Of a stretch of DNA of 45,009 bases, positions 1-10,117 are shown one piece after another. The notes beneath the pieces were generated by a model. It was not told where the DNA came from and ran no database searches. It saw only the letters and a program-made list of their open reading frames with translations. Source of the DNA: Fidelibacterota bacterium (GTDB taxonomy: Bacteria; Fidelibacterota; Marinisomatia; Marinisomatales; TCS56); NCBI GenBank assembly GCA_043822705.1, contig JBDRBK010000110.1:1-45009 (forward strand). Direction: 5' to 3'. The translations under genes and the position numbers were made by a program. How positions within the stretch are numbered: position 1 is the stretch's first letter; every line of letters begins with the position of its first letter.

Positions 1-134
1 CCATAGGACTGTGCCGTCGGGTCACCCAGCCGGAAGGCCATCCAGGCATGGGCGAACTCATGGAACGAAAGCGCAAAAATTATCACCGGCAACAGAATTA
101 CCTGGACGGCCGGATCGAGACTGATTATTCCCAT
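1..134 (-). CDS. Site-2 protease (M50 family) metalloprotease, N-terminal part, runs off the window edge
   Basis: Manual translation from ATG at 134: MGIISLDPAVQVILLPVIIFALSFHEFAHAWMAFRLGDPTAQSY; hydrophobic helix containing HExxH (HEFAH) followed by LGDPT, typical of this family. Not in ORF track. Confidence 0.85.
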   Translation of the reverse strand, partial: MGIISLDPAVQVILLPVIIFALSFHEFAHAWMAFRLGDPTAQSY

Positions 135-166
135 GTTAACATATTTCTTATCACTATTTACCTTCC

Positions 167-1057
167 TCAACGCGGATGAAACGTGCGATGAACCTCCTTT
201 AAATAAGCCTTATCCAGATGCGTATAAATCTGCGTCGTGCTGATGTCGGTGTGTCCCAGCAATTCCTGCACCACCCGCAGGTCGGCGCCGCCTTCCAGCA
301 GATGGGTGGCGAATGAATGCCGAAGCGTGTGCGGACTGACCGATTTAGCGATACCGGCTTCCGCCGACCAGCGTTTCAGGATATTCCAGACCACCATGCG
401 CGTCAACTGCTGACCGTTACGACTCAGAAACAGGTAGCCGCTATGCCGGCTTTTCCGGGCCAGGCCGGGCCGCTGATGTTTCAAATATTCATCCAGAACC
501 CGGGCGGCCTGATCGCCCAGCGGAACAAACCGCTGCTTGGAGCCTTTTCCGGTTACCCGCAGCATGCCGTCGTCGGCCAGAATCGCGCTGAGCTTCATAT
601 CGCAGAGTTCCGATACGCGTAGCCCGGCCGAGTACAGCAGTTCCAGAATCGCATAATCGCGGATTGCCAGTGGCAACTGCGGATCGACGGCCCCCAGGAT
701 GGCCTCCACTTCAGCGACGGTCAGTACCTCCGGCAATTTCCGTGGCAGCCGCGGTGCTTCCAGCAACTGCGTCGGATTCTCGCTGACCAGTTTCTCGTCT
801 TTCAGGAACAGGTGATAGGATCGAATCGCCGAGAATATCCGGTTGACGCTGGCCGGTGCCAGGTTGGTGTCATTTAGATGGCGGATAAAACCGCGGATAT
901 GTTTTTGCTGAATCCGGTTCAAGTCGGTCAAGCCGGCCGAATTCTGTAAATAATCCAGATATTTTTTCAAATCCCGTTGATAAGCGGTAATGGAATTGGC
1001 CGCCAGGTTGCGTTCGACCCGCAACATGATCAGATAATCCTTGAGGTAGGTTTCCAT
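167..1057 (-). CDS. xerD: Tyrosine recombinase XerD
   Basis: LYSAGLRVSEL, GKGSKQRFVP, SPHTLRHSFATHLLEGGADLRVVQELLGH, TTQIYTH, C-terminal HPR; 296 aa. Confidence 0.92.
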   Translation of the reverse strand: METYLKDYLIMLRVERNLAANSITAYQRDLKKYLDYLQNSAGLTDLNRIQQKHIRGFIRHLNDTNLAPASVNRIFSAIRSYHLFLKDEKLVSENPTQLLEAPRLPRKLPEVLTVAEVEAILGAVDPQLPLAIRDYAILELLYSAGLRVSELCDMKLSAILADDGMLRVTGKGSKQRFVPLGDQAARVLDEYLKHQRPGLARKSRHSGYLFLSRNGQQLTRMVVWNILKRWSAEAGIAKSVSPHTLRHSFATHLLEGGADLRVVQELLGHTDISTTQIYTHLDKAYLKEVHRTFHPR

Positions 1058-1066
1058 GGTACCCGG

Positions 1067-1642
1067 TCAGCCCAGGACCGCTTGCTCGATCAGATCGCAG
1101 ATAATATGTCCCGTTAAGATGTGGCCTTCCTGGATGCGCTGGGTGTCGCCGGCGGGGATAATAATGGTAACGTCGGCTGTCCGCCCGAGCCGGCCGCCGG
1201 TCCCGCCGCAAAAGACCACGGTTTTGAGGCCCTGGTCGCGGGCGGTGCTGATCGCTGCGATCACGTTGGGGGAATTTCCGCTGGTGGTGATGCCCACCAG
1301 CACATCGCCGGGCGCACCCAGTGCTTCCACCTGGCGGGCGAAAATCAGGTCCGGATCGGCATCGTTCACCCAGGCCGTCAGAAAGGAAGTATCGGTGGTC
1401 AGGGCCAGCGAAGCCACCGGTTTCCGAATCTGCCGCAGTTTTCCCACCAGCTCGGCCGACAGGTGCTGAGCGTCGGCGGCGCTGCCGCCATTGCCGCACC
1501 AGAGGATTTTTTTCCCGGCTTTCACCGCGGCCAGTAACAGTTCGGCCGCCTGGGCAATATCACCAGCGCAGTTTTCCTGCATCGCCTCTTTGGTAGCGGC
1601 GCTGTCACGAATCTGTTGCCGGATATAATCGATCGTTGCCAT
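1067..1642 (-). CDS. gmhA: Phosphoheptose (sedoheptulose-7-phosphate) isomerase, SIS domain
   Basis: CGNGGSAADAQHLSAEL, LTTDTS, TTSGNSPNV, RIQEGH motifs; 191 aa. Confidence 0.9.
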   Translation of the reverse strand: MATIDYIRQQIRDSAATKEAMQENCAGDIAQAAELLLAAVKAGKKILWCGNGGSAADAQHLSAELVGKLRQIRKPVASLALTTDTSFLTAWVNDADPDLIFARQVEALGAPGDVLVGITTSGNSPNVIAAISTARDQGLKTVVFCGGTGGRLGRTADVTIIIPAGDTQRIQEGHILTGHIICDLIEQAVLG

Positions 1643-1645
1643 GCT

Positions 1646-2398
1646 TTAAATTTTGTAATGTACGGCCGTCGCCAGTTCGCGCATTAAACTTCCGTCGGTT
1701 TGCTCTTCGGTGACTGTCCCGGTCACCACGATCGCCGCTCCCGCCTCCACCCGCTGGCGGGCGGCTTCCGGCGTCCGGATACCGCCGCCGACAACCGCCG
1801 GTATTTCCAGTTCGCCGGCAACTAATCGTACCGTTTCCGTGGGAATCGGATTTTTCGCACCGCTGCCGGCCTCCAGATACACCAGCCGCATCCCCAGATA
1901 CTGCGCCGCCAGGGCATGGGCCAGGGCGATATCCGGCCGGTTCAGCGGAATCGGGATCGTATTGCTCATGAACTCCACCGCCGAAGACCCGCCGCCATTG
2001 AACAACAGGTAGCCGGTGGGAATGACTTCGATGCCCAGATCACGAACGATCGGAGCGGCCAGCACCTGCTCGCCGATCAGATAATGCGGATTCCGACCGG
2101 ATAGGATGCTCATGAACAGAATCGCATCGAAATGCGGCGACAACTGGCTCAATCCGCCGGGAAAGAAAATCACCGGTACCCGCGCCTGCTCCTTGATGCG
2201 CCGGACGCGTTCCTGGCAATGGCTGTCCATAATCAGGCTGCCGCCGACAAAAATGGCGTCCACTCCCGATTCGTTGATCTGGGCGACCCGTTCCTCGATT
2301 ATTCCGTCATTCTTGCGATCGGGATCGATCAAGACGACATAGGCCGCACCTTTTTCCGAGCGGACATCCTGCAAATATTTATAGATTGCCTGTTTCAT
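1646..2398 (-). CDS. Geranylgeranylglyceryl phosphate synthase family (GGGPS/PcrB, group II-like)
   Basis: LIDPD, FVGGS, FPG, PTGYLL, YLEAGSGA, VGGGIR motifs; 250 aa; ATGA overlap with gcvPA stop. Confidence 0.9.
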   Translation of the reverse strand: MKQAIYKYLQDVRSEKGAAYVVLIDPDRKNDGIIEERVAQINESGVDAIFVGGSLIMDSHCQERVRRIKEQARVPVIFFPGGLSQLSPHFDAILFMSILSGRNPHYLIGEQVLAAPIVRDLGIEVIPTGYLLFNGGGSSAVEFMSNTIPIPLNRPDIALAHALAAQYLGMRLVYLEAGSGAKNPIPTETVRLVAGELEIPAVVGGGIRTPEAARQRVEAGAAIVVTGTVTEEQTDGSLMRELATAVHYKI

Positions 2399-3738
2399 CG
2401 GCCGTTGTTCTTCAGTATCTCCGCCAGTTGGTCAATATCGTTTTTGGTGCGTTTTTCGGTGACGGCGATCCTGAGCAGGTCAGGCGCACCCGCAACGGTC
2501 GTGCCGGCCAGCACGCCCTGTTGGAGGGCGGCAGCGATGACTTCAGTGGCCGGCCGGGGACAGCGAACTACAAATTCCTTGAAAAAGTTTTTGCCATAGG
2601 CCAGCTCGAAACCAGGCAGGGCGGCGATCCGATCGGCGCAATAATGACTTTTCTGGAAACACAGCCGGGCCAGTTGCCGAAAACCCTGCTTGCCCACCAG
2701 ACTCAAATAAATCGCCGTCGAAAGCGCCATCAGTCCCTGGTTGGTGCAAATATTACTGGTGGCCTTTTCGCGGCGGATATGCTGCTCGCGGGTCTGTAGC
2801 GCCAGAACAAATCCCGGCCGACCATCGATATCGCTGGTGGCGCCGATTATCCGGCCCGGCATTTTGCGGACATGCTGCTGCCGGATGGCGAAAAGTCCCA
2901 GGTAAGGGCCGCCAAACGATTGCGAATTGCCCAGTCCCTGCCCTTCCCCAACGTAAATATCGGCGCCGCATTCGCCGGGAGTGGCGAACATTCCCAGCGC
3001 CAGCGGATCACCGACCGCCACGAACAGGGCCGGTTGGTCACGACAGATGTCGCCGATTGTGGCCCAATCCTCGATCAACCCGAACCGGTTGGGTGACTGT
3101 ACGACAACGGCGGCCACATCGGAAAAATCCGCCGCCTGCAGAAATTCCAGATCCACCAGACCTGCCTGCTCCGGCAGTATTTCGATCGCCAGGTCGTTTT
3201 GTTGCAGATAAGTTTCGACTACCTGCCGGTAATTATGAAACAGGCCGGCGCTGACTAACAATCGTCTTTTCCGGGAAACACTGCCGGCCACCAGACAGGC
3301 CTCGGCGACGGCGGAAGCACCATCGTATAGCGAGGCATTGGCGACATCCATGTCGGAAATTTCGCAGATCATGGACTGGTATTCGTACATGGCCTGCAAG
3401 GTCCCCTGACTCACCTCAGCCTGATAGGGCGTGTAGGCTGTATAAAATTCCGAACGCATTACTAACGCAGGAATTATGCTGGGTACGAAATGATCGTAAC
3501 TGCCACCCCCCAGAAACGACGGCAGGGCGGCTGCGAGAACATTCCGGGCGGCCATTTCCTGCAATACCGGCAGGACCTCCAGTTCGGAGAGCGGTTCGCC
3601 CACCGGCATACCAAATTCTTTTCGCAGCTCCGCCGGAATCGCCGTCAGCAGATCGGCAAAGGAAGCAATACCGATCGCCGCGAGCATTTCCCGCTCATGC
3701 TCGCTGGTGTTGGGAATATAGCGTGATTGCTCAGTCAA
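2395..3738 (-). CDS. gcvPA: Glycine dehydrogenase (decarboxylating) subunit 1
   Basis: RYIPNT, EFYTAYTPYQAEVSQGTLQ, NASLYDG, LQTREQHIRREKATSNICTNQ. Start re-called to TTG at 3738 (447 aa) overlapping the gcvH stop; the track's 3903 start lies deep inside gcvH. Confidence 0.92.
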   Translation of the reverse strand: MTEQSRYIPNTSEHEREMLAAIGIASFADLLTAIPAELRKEFGMPVGEPLSELEVLPVLQEMAARNVLAAALPSFLGGGSYDHFVPSIIPALVMRSEFYTAYTPYQAEVSQGTLQAMYEYQSMICEISDMDVANASLYDGASAVAEACLVAGSVSRKRRLLVSAGLFHNYRQVVETYLQQNDLAIEILPEQAGLVDLEFLQAADFSDVAAVVVQSPNRFGLIEDWATIGDICRDQPALFVAVGDPLALGMFATPGECGADIYVGEGQGLGNSQSFGGPYLGLFAIRQQHVRKMPGRIIGATSDIDGRPGFVLALQTREQHIRREKATSNICTNQGLMALSTAIYLSLVGKQGFRQLARLCFQKSHYCADRIAALPGFELAYGKNFFKEFVVRCPRPATEVIAAALQQGVLAGTTVAGAPDLLRIAVTEKRTKNDIDQLAEILKNNGR

Positions 3739-4108
3739 GGAGTTTTTTATAGTCATCGGCACTGAGCAATTCATCAATTTCGGAAATATCGGATGCTTCG
3801 ATCTTGATAATCCAGCCTGCTCCGTATGGATCGCTGTTGATTTTGGCCGGCTCATCATCCAAATCCTGATTGACATCGATGATTTTCCCGGATACCGGTG
3901 CATATAAATCAGCTACCGTTTTGACCGCCTCGATCGTTCCGAAGGGGTCCCCCTGAGAAAATTCCTGTCCTACCGCAGGTAATTCGACAAAGATAATATC
4001 GCCCAGTTCACCCTGGGCGAAATCTGTGATGCCGACGGTAATTTCACCACCTGAATTCGATGCCCATTCATGATCGTTGGTGTAAAACAAATGCTTGGGA
4101 ACACTCAT
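3731..4108 (-). CDS. gcvH: Glycine cleavage system H protein
   Basis: HEW, VGITDFAQGELGDIIFVELP, lipoyl-Lys motif IEAVKTV, NSDPYGAGW. Confidence 0.95.
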   Translation of the reverse strand: MSVPKHLFYTNDHEWASNSGGEITVGITDFAQGELGDIIFVELPAVGQEFSQGDPFGTIEAVKTVADLYAPVSGKIIDVNQDLDDEPAKINSDPYGAGWIIKIEASDISEIDELLSADDYKKLLD

Positions 4109-4152
4109 GAATCAACCTCCATCTCGATATGCTATTTTTTTTGAAAATTAGG

Positions 4153-5502
4153 TTAGTCTGGATTGTACTCAAAACTCTCAAGAAAACTGGTATCATATTC
4201 ACCGGCGCGGAATTTTTCATCATGCATGATGGCCTGATGGAATGGAATCGTGGTCTTCGGACCTTCGATGATGCATTCCTCCAGCGCCCGCTGCATCCGG
4301 TTGATCGCTCCCTGGCGACTGTTGGCACGGACGATCAGCTTGGCGATCAGTGAATCGTATTGCGTCGGTATCTGATAGCCGGCATAGACATGCGTATCGA
4401 TCCGCACGCCCTTGCCACCGGGCATGTGAAAACTATCGACCCAGGCTGGTGACGGAACAAAATTATGCGCCGGATCTTCGGCGTTGATCCGACATTCGAT
4501 CGCATGCCCGCGCAATTTAACATGTTTGAAATAATCGGGAAAGCGTTCACCGGCATGCATCCGGATCTGCTGTTTCAGCAGGTCACAACCAATGACCATC
4601 TCCGTGACCGGATGCTCAACCTGAATTCGGGTGTTCATCTCCATGAAATAAAATTTCTTATCCTTATCCAGCAGAAATTCGACCGTACCGACACCGATAT
4701 AACCCACTGCTTTGGCACCCCGGATCGCCGCATCACCCATTTTCTGGCGCAGCTTGTCGTCGACAGCGGATGAGGGCGATTCCTCGATCAATTTCTGATG
4801 ACGGCGCTGTATCGAACATTCACGCTCACCCAGATGAACCACGTTACCAAACGCATCGGCAACGATCTGAATCTCGATATGCCGCGGTTTTTCGACATAT
4901 TTTTCAACGTAGATATCACCGTTTCCAAAAGCGGTCAATGATTCGGCCGTAGCGGTTTTGAAGGCTAATTCAATTCCCTCCGCCGAACGTACCACCCGCA
5001 TACCGCGACCACCACCACCGGCGGAGGCCTTGAGGATCACCGGGTAACCGATTACATCCGCCTGCTCCCTGGCTTCCCTGGCGTTTTTCACCACGCCCGC
5101 ACTCCCCGGAATCACCGGAACGCCCGCCGCCTTCATGGTCAGTTTGGCCTGGGATTTATTCCCCATGGCATTGATGATCTCGGCACTGGGGCCGATAAAG
5201 GCAAAGTCGTTTTCGGCACAAATATTGGAGAAGTTGGCGTTCTCCGCCAGAAATCCGTACCCGGGATGAATGGCATCGGCATCGGTGATTTCGCCGGCGG
5301 CGATAATGTGTGGAATATTCAGATAGCTCTCGCTGCTGGCAGGCGGACCAATACAGACCGCTTCGTCGGCAAACCGCACATGTAGCGACAGCTCATCGGC
5401 GGTGGAATAAACCGCGACGGTTTTAATTCCCAATTCGTGGCAGGCGCGGATTATCCGCAGGGCGATCTCGCCGCGATTGGCGATGAGAATTTTCTTAAAC
5501 AA
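4153..5502 (-). CDS. accC: Acetyl-CoA carboxylase biotin carboxylase subunit
   Basis: [59 protein letters not shown] start. Confidence 0.95.
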   Translation of the reverse strand: MFKKILIANRGEIALRIIRACHELGIKTVAVYSTADELSLHVRFADEAVCIGPPASSESYLNIPHIIAAGEITDADAIHPGYGFLAENANFSNICAENDFAFIGPSAEIINAMGNKSQAKLTMKAAGVPVIPGSAGVVKNAREAREQADVIGYPVILKASAGGGGRGMRVVRSAEGIELAFKTATAESLTAFGNGDIYVEKYVEKPRHIEIQIVADAFGNVVHLGERECSIQRRHQKLIEESPSSAVDDKLRQKMGDAAIRGAKAVGYIGVGTVEFLLDKDKKFYFMEMNTRIQVEHPVTEMVIGCDLLKQQIRMHAGERFPDYFKHVKLRGHAIECRINAEDPAHNFVPSPAWVDSFHMPGGKGVRIDTHVYAGYQIPTQYDSLIAKLIVRANSRQGAINRMQRALEECIIEGPKTTIPFHQAIMHDEKFRAGEYDTSFLESFEYNPD

Positions 5503-5541
5503 CCGACACCCCGCCCACTTGCGTTTGATCCGGGAAAAAAA

Positions 5542-5988
5542 TCATTCGATCAAGAATAATGGCTGGTTGAATTCCACCGGCTTGCCATTTTCCACGAGTA
5601 CTTTCTTGACCGTACCGCCGATGCTGGTTTCGATTTCATTCATGATCTTCATCGCTTCGACGATGCATAGCGAATCGCCCTTTTCCACCCGGTCGCCGAT
5701 TTGGACGTATGGTTCAGATTCGGGATTCGGGGCGCAGTAAAATGTGCCGGGCATCGGCGACTTGACTTCAACACCATTTTCAATGACACTATCCACCGCG
5801 GATGCTGAATCAGCATCCGGGCTGTTTACCGGAGCTGTATTCACTGTCGTGGCTGGCGTCGTTGTGCTGTGAAATGACCCGGGATTTTTCACGACCCGGT
5901 ATTTGCGTCCCCAGAACGTAGCTTCGATCTCGTTTACATCGCTTTGCTCGAGGATATAGATCATTTCTTTCAGTTTATTCTTCCACAT
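5542..5988 (-). CDS. accB: Biotin carboxyl carrier protein
   Basis: SPMPGTFY, biotinylation motif EAMKIMNEI, Thr/Pro/Ala-rich linker; directly upstream of accC. Confidence 0.95.
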   Translation of the reverse strand: MWKNKLKEMIYILEQSDVNEIEATFWGRKYRVVKNPGSFHSTTTPATTVNTAPVNSPDADSASAVDSVIENGVEVKSPMPGTFYCAPNPESEPYVQIGDRVEKGDSLCIVEAMKIMNEIETSIGGTVKKVLVENGKPVEFNQPLFLIE

Positions 5989-6017
5989 CGGCTTGCCCTT
6001 CTACCTTTCCGGGATGA

Positions 6018-6584
6018 TTATCCAATCTGGACCCGCTCGATATATTCACCGGTCCTGGTATCAATTTTCAGGATATCGCCGGTATTGATGAACAACGGTA
6101 CCGTGACGGTATAGCCCGTCTCAACGGTGGCGGGCTTGGTGGCGCCGGTGGCGGTGTTACCTTTCATTCCCGGTTCGGTATGGGTTACGGTCAGCTCGAT
6201 ATGAGCCGGCAGCCGCACATCCAAAGCTTCCGTACCATCAAAAATAAGATCGACATTCAGTCCGGGCTTTAAAAAATTCTTGCCTTCGGCAACGACTGCT
6301 TCCGGAACCTGAACCTGATCATAGCTGTCGTTGTCCATAAATAAGTAAGATTCACCATCCTCATACAAGTATTGCATCTGTCGGGCCTCGATCCGGATGG
6401 TCTCGATCCGGGCACCGGAATTGAAAGTGTGATCGATTACCTTGCCGGTCTGGATATCTTTTAATTTGGTGCGCACAAAAGCGCCGCCCTTGCCGGGCTT
6501 GACGTGTAAAAACTCCACAACTTTCATCCTTTTACCGCGATGCAACAGTACTACACCATTTTTTATTTCAGCCGTCGTCGCCAT
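6018..6584 (-). CDS. efp: Elongation factor P
   Basis: HVKPGKGGAFVRTK, PGMKGNTA, VPLFINTGD, DTRTGEY. Start re-called to ATG 6584 (MATTAEIKNG, 188 aa) with AAGGAG at 6595-6600. Confidence 0.95.
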   Translation of the reverse strand: MATTAEIKNGVVLLHRGKRMKVVEFLHVKPGKGGAFVRTKLKDIQTGKVIDHTFNSGARIETIRIEARQMQYLYEDGESYLFMDNDSYDQVQVPEAVVAEGKNFLKPGLNVDLIFDGTEALDVRLPAHIELTVTHTEPGMKGNTATGATKPATVETGYTVTVPLFINTGDILKIDTRTGEYIERVQIG

Positions 6585-6618
6585 TAAAAATATTCTCCTT
6601 TTGAACGTAAAATTTACG

Positions 6619-7608
6619 TCAGGCGGTCGGACTTTCAAATTTTGATTCACCGCTATCAGCGACCGAATTTTGTTTCCAGATGGAGACGGTGGCGGCAATA
6701 AAATTTCCGGCCTGATCGAGATCGGTCCGGCAAATCTCCGGTGTCGGAATCTGCCGTGCAAATTTTATCAGGTCAGATCGTTTCAGCATCTCCAGCCATT
6801 CGTCCACCAATCCGGTCGGAAACGGCAGCAACCGGCGATTTTCTTCGATCTCAGTTGTGGTCATCTCAAGCGTTTTAATGTACACGCTGTTTTCAACATA
6901 CTCACGCAGAAGATAAGATAAATCGAAATAATAATCCTTGACCCGCCCCTTTTCCCAGGGCCGGTCAGTACCAAGACGTTTCAATTTGGCCAACGCGATC
7001 ACATCCGCCGGTTCCGTCGGCACTGTTGCCACCCCTGGCCGTACGGGAGCAACAAAACGACGGCGCCAGAGCAGCACCAATGTTGCCATCAAAGTAAATA
7101 GAAGTGAAATATATAACATTGTTTTCCAGGGCCAGGGAAAACGAACCGGTACCGGCCCTTTGATTGGACGCAAGCCGCTTTGGGTCGTCGCTCCGATCAG
7201 GGATTGCACGCGGATCGGAACCGGATCGGTGGTCAGGATGAAACTGTCACCAGTTTCCGGTACCGTGATCCGGACGGGAAAGGCCGGGATTTCCAGACGT
7301 CCCGTGTCCCAGACGGCGATACCGATAGCCAACCCATAGTCGTCGCGGTACTCACCGGTTAATTCCCGGCGATCCCTGATTTCCAGACGACTGGAATCCA
7401 CTTCCCAGTTCAGGAATTCAACCACGCGCTTTCCGGCCCCGTGCACCCAGATTCGATAGTCGATCACATCACCGATAGTGGCGATGGTCGTATCCACTTG
7501 TGCCTCGATATAAAAGGATTCGGGTGAGTAATTCGAGCCACAACCGGAATACAGCACCAGCGATAGAGTGAGCAAAAATAGCGGTGACCGGGGCCGGCTG
7601 TTTTTCAT
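6619..7608 (-). CDS. Bat/MoxR-associated membrane protein (BatD/DUF4381-like), possible lipoprotein
   Basis: Signal peptide ending LYSGC, beta-rich domain, one TM helix (residues about 160-181), C-terminal YYFDLSYLLREYVE...LEMTTTE...SDLIKFA; follows the DUF58 gene. Confidence 0.65.
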   Translation of the reverse strand: MKNSRPRSPLFLLTLSLVLYSGCGSNYSPESFYIEAQVDTTIATIGDVIDYRIWVHGAGKRVVEFLNWEVDSSRLEIRDRRELTGEYRDDYGLAIGIAVWDTGRLEIPAFPVRITVPETGDSFILTTDPVPIRVQSLIGATTQSGLRPIKGPVPVRFPWPWKTMLYISLLFTLMATLVLLWRRRFVAPVRPGVATVPTEPADVIALAKLKRLGTDRPWEKGRVKDYYFDLSYLLREYVENSVYIKTLEMTTTEIEENRRLLPFPTGLVDEWLEMLKRSDLIKFARQIPTPEICRTDLDQAGNFIAATVSIWKQNSVADSGESKFESPTA

Positions 7609-8483
7609 CAGTAACGTTTTTCGCGCTTTCTGAAATAGGCCATAATCGGTTCGACGAAATCGTCACGGGTGGAGATCTGAATCAGGTCGAATTTCATCTG
7701 GTCGCAGGTTTTTTTAAAATCTTCAAATTCCTGCTGGCGCGCAGTCTTAAAGGCCAGTCGCTCTTTGTATGAACCGGTATCGATCCAGAACTGCTGGTCG
7801 TTTTCCGGATCGTGCACTTTTACCAGCCCGATGTCGGGCAGTTCCGTTTCCAGCGGATCGAACAACTGGATGCCGATAAAGTCGTGTTTTCGATTGGCGA
7901 TCCGCAGTGATTTCAAATAATCCTGATCGATAAAATCGGAAATCAGGAAAACAACGCTGCGTCTTTTGGCGACCTGCAGTAAAAAATCCACCGCATTGGC
8001 GATTGACGTGCCCTTGCCTTCCGGCTTGTGGTATAACAGTTCACGGACCACCCGCAGCACATGCGACCGTCCTTTTTTTGGTACAATATATTTTTCGACT
8101 TCTTCGCTGAACAGGATCAGACCGACTTTATCATTATTTTTAATCGCGGAAAATCCCAGGACCGCCCCGATCTCGGCGCCGATTTCAGTCTTGAATTTGT
8201 CGCAACTGCCAAAGTGGCCGGAGCGGCTCACATCGACGAGCAGGAAAACCGTCAGTTCACGTTCTTCTTCAAAAACTTTGATAAACGGATTGCCGGTACG
8301 GGCGGTGACATTCCAGTCAATCAGGCGGATATCATCCCCGGGTTGGTATTCCCGCACTTCGGAAAACATCATACCGCGCCCTTTAAATACGGAATGATAT
8401 TCACCGCCAAACAGCTCGTTGACCAGTCCCCGGGTGCGAATCTCAATCCGCCGGACTTTGCGCAGAACTTCCTTTGGGATCAT
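7608..8483 (-). CDS. DUF58 domain protein (MoxR-associated, vWA-like)
   Basis: GEYHSVFKGRGMMFSEVREYQPGDDIRLIDWNVTAR, EEEREL, VDVSRS, FLISDF. Confidence 0.92.
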   Translation of the reverse strand: MIPKEVLRKVRRIEIRTRGLVNELFGGEYHSVFKGRGMMFSEVREYQPGDDIRLIDWNVTARTGNPFIKVFEEERELTVFLLVDVSRSGHFGSCDKFKTEIGAEIGAVLGFSAIKNNDKVGLILFSEEVEKYIVPKKGRSHVLRVVRELLYHKPEGKGTSIANAVDFLLQVAKRRSVVFLISDFIDQDYLKSLRIANRKHDFIGIQLFDPLETELPDIGLVKVHDPENDQQFWIDTGSYKERLAFKTARQQEFEDFKKTCDQMKFDLIQISTRDDFVEPIMAYFRKREKRY

Positions 8484-8489
8484 AATAAA

Positions 8490-9482
8490 TCAGGGAACTT
8501 CGATGGAATCAAACAGTCGCTGAATGATATCCTCGGAGGTCAATTCTTCGGCTTCCGCCTCGTAGGTCAGTATAATCCGGTGCCGCAGCACATCGGCCCC
8601 GATATAGCGCACATCCTCGGGAGTTATATAGCCACGGTGCTGCAGAAAAGCCCGCGCCTTGGCCGCCAGAATCAGATTGATCGAAGCCCGCGGCGAGGCG
8701 CCATAGGCGATCAGGTCACCGAGATCATTCAATTTATAATGCCGGGGATCGCGGGTGGCAAAAACCAGGTTCAGTACATAATTCTCGACTTTCTCGTCGA
8801 CATAAATTTCACTAATGGTTTTCTGGGCCTGAATAATCTGTTCCGGCGTGATGACCGGCTGAATTTCTGCGGGCTGTCCGGTCCGGGCGACTTGCCGAAT
8901 TATCTGGCGTTCTTCCTCGAAATTAGGGTAATCCACCTTCAGTTTCAGCATGAAACGGTCGACCTGCGCTTCCGGCAACGGATAAGTTCCTTCCTGTTCG
9001 ATCGGATTCTGCGTGGCCAGCACCAAGAACGGTTCATCCAGTTTGAAGGTGTTCTCGCCAATCGTGACCTGCCGTTCCTGCATCGCCTCCAGCAAGGCGC
9101 TCTGGACCTTGGCCGGGCTTCGATTGATTTCGTCTCCAAGGATAATATTGGCGAAAATCGGTCCCTTGCGGGTCTTGAAACCACCGGATTTCTGGTCGTA
9201 GATCAGGGTGCCGATCAAATCCGCCGGTAGCATATCGGGCGTGAACTGGATCCGTTGGAAGTGGGTGTTGATAGCCTGGGCCAGGGTCTTTACGGTCAAG
9301 GTTTTCGCCAGACCGGGAACCCCTTCCAGTAGAATGTGGCCGTTGGCCAGCAGGCTGATTATGATCTTGTCGATCAGTTCGGATTGGCCGACAATTACCT
9401 GCCGTAACGCTCGTTTAAGATCGTCGACAAAAGCCGATTCGCGGGCGATCCGCTCATTGATTTCGCTTAGACTGAATTCCAT
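8490..9482 (-). CDS. moxR: MoxR-family AAA+ ATPase
   Basis: HILLEGVPGLAKT (Walker A), RIQFTPDMLPAD, DEINRSPAKVQSALLEAMQE, ATQNPIEQEGTYPLPEAQVDRF. Confidence 0.95.
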   Translation of the reverse strand: MEFSLSEINERIARESAFVDDLKRALRQVIVGQSELIDKIIISLLANGHILLEGVPGLAKTLTVKTLAQAINTHFQRIQFTPDMLPADLIGTLIYDQKSGGFKTRKGPIFANIILGDEINRSPAKVQSALLEAMQERQVTIGENTFKLDEPFLVLATQNPIEQEGTYPLPEAQVDRFMLKLKVDYPNFEEERQIIRQVARTGQPAEIQPVITPEQIIQAQKTISEIYVDEKVENYVLNLVFATRDPRHYKLNDLGDLIAYGASPRASINLILAAKARAFLQHRGYITPEDVRYIGADVLRHRIILTYEAEAEELTSEDIIQRLFDSIEVP

Positions 9483-9512
9483 GATTCCCTAATACCAAAT
9501 GAAGGTGAATAA

Positions 9513-10004
9513 TCAGGAGGTAATATTTTTCAATACCTCGATTTCATTAATATCTTTGCCCAGATACTGTAGTTCAAACCTGACCGAAGGAGCCAGCTCG
9601 TGGTCCGGGAATTTCCCCAGAAATGCCTCATATTCGATCTTGGCTTTTTCAAATTGAGACAGAATGTTACTGTAAATATAACCGATCATGAACCGGGCAT
9701 GTGGTTCTTCAGGCGCATTGTCAAAATCATCGATCACCTTGCGGTATTCTTTGATCGCCTGTTCAAAATCACGCAGATCATTCATGTATATGTCACCGAT
9801 GATATACTGTGATTTAGTAACCAGATTATCGCCGCTGAAATGCTGAACCAGCAATTTAAGATCGTTGATGGCAAATTCTGTTTCCTTGGCCTGCCGATGT
9901 TTTTCCGCCCGGTTGAACAGTTCCATCGCCGTCTTGGGAATTTTTTCACCGCAGGCCGACAGCAACAGGATAACGACAGTAATAAGAATTAGTTTAACCT
10001 TCAT
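9513..10004 (-). CDS. TPR lipoprotein (BamD/YfiO-like)
   Basis: Lipobox LLSAC; helical repeats SQYIIGDIY / ARFMIGYIY with FPD turns; next to an Omp85 gene. Confidence 0.7.
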   Translation of the reverse strand: MKVKLILITVVILLLSACGEKIPKTAMELFNRAEKHRQAKETEFAINDLKLLVQHFSGDNLVTKSQYIIGDIYMNDLRDFEQAIKEYRKVIDDFDNAPEEPHARFMIGYIYSNILSQFEKAKIEYEAFLGKFPDHELAPSVRFELQYLGKDINEIEVLKNITS

Positions 10005-10117
10005 GGTTCCCCTTTTTAGTAGCTTAAACAGTTATGCAATTTATTTATCGGTGTTTTTGCCATTCAAGTCAATTCACACGGTGCTGTAGGCCCGGATCGC
10101 GTCCTTATCCTGTCAGA

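Noticed and set aside
158..169. xerD ends HPR-TGA-GGA-AGG-TAA, possible TGA readthrough or recoding
   Set aside because: Many genes here end in TGA with ATGA/TGATG overlaps and RF2 with its TGA-dependent frameshift is intact.
167..1057. Tyrosine recombinase as a prophage or island integrase
   Set aside because: Length and motifs fit chromosomal XerD; housekeeping neighbours; no att repeats, tRNA or phage genes seen.
8061..9230. 389-aa plus-strand ORF, and similar long antisense ORFs at 22502-23485, 24487-25125, 26685-27602 and 29887-30528
   Set aside because: Shadow frames opposite well-supported genes, with no recognisable motifs.
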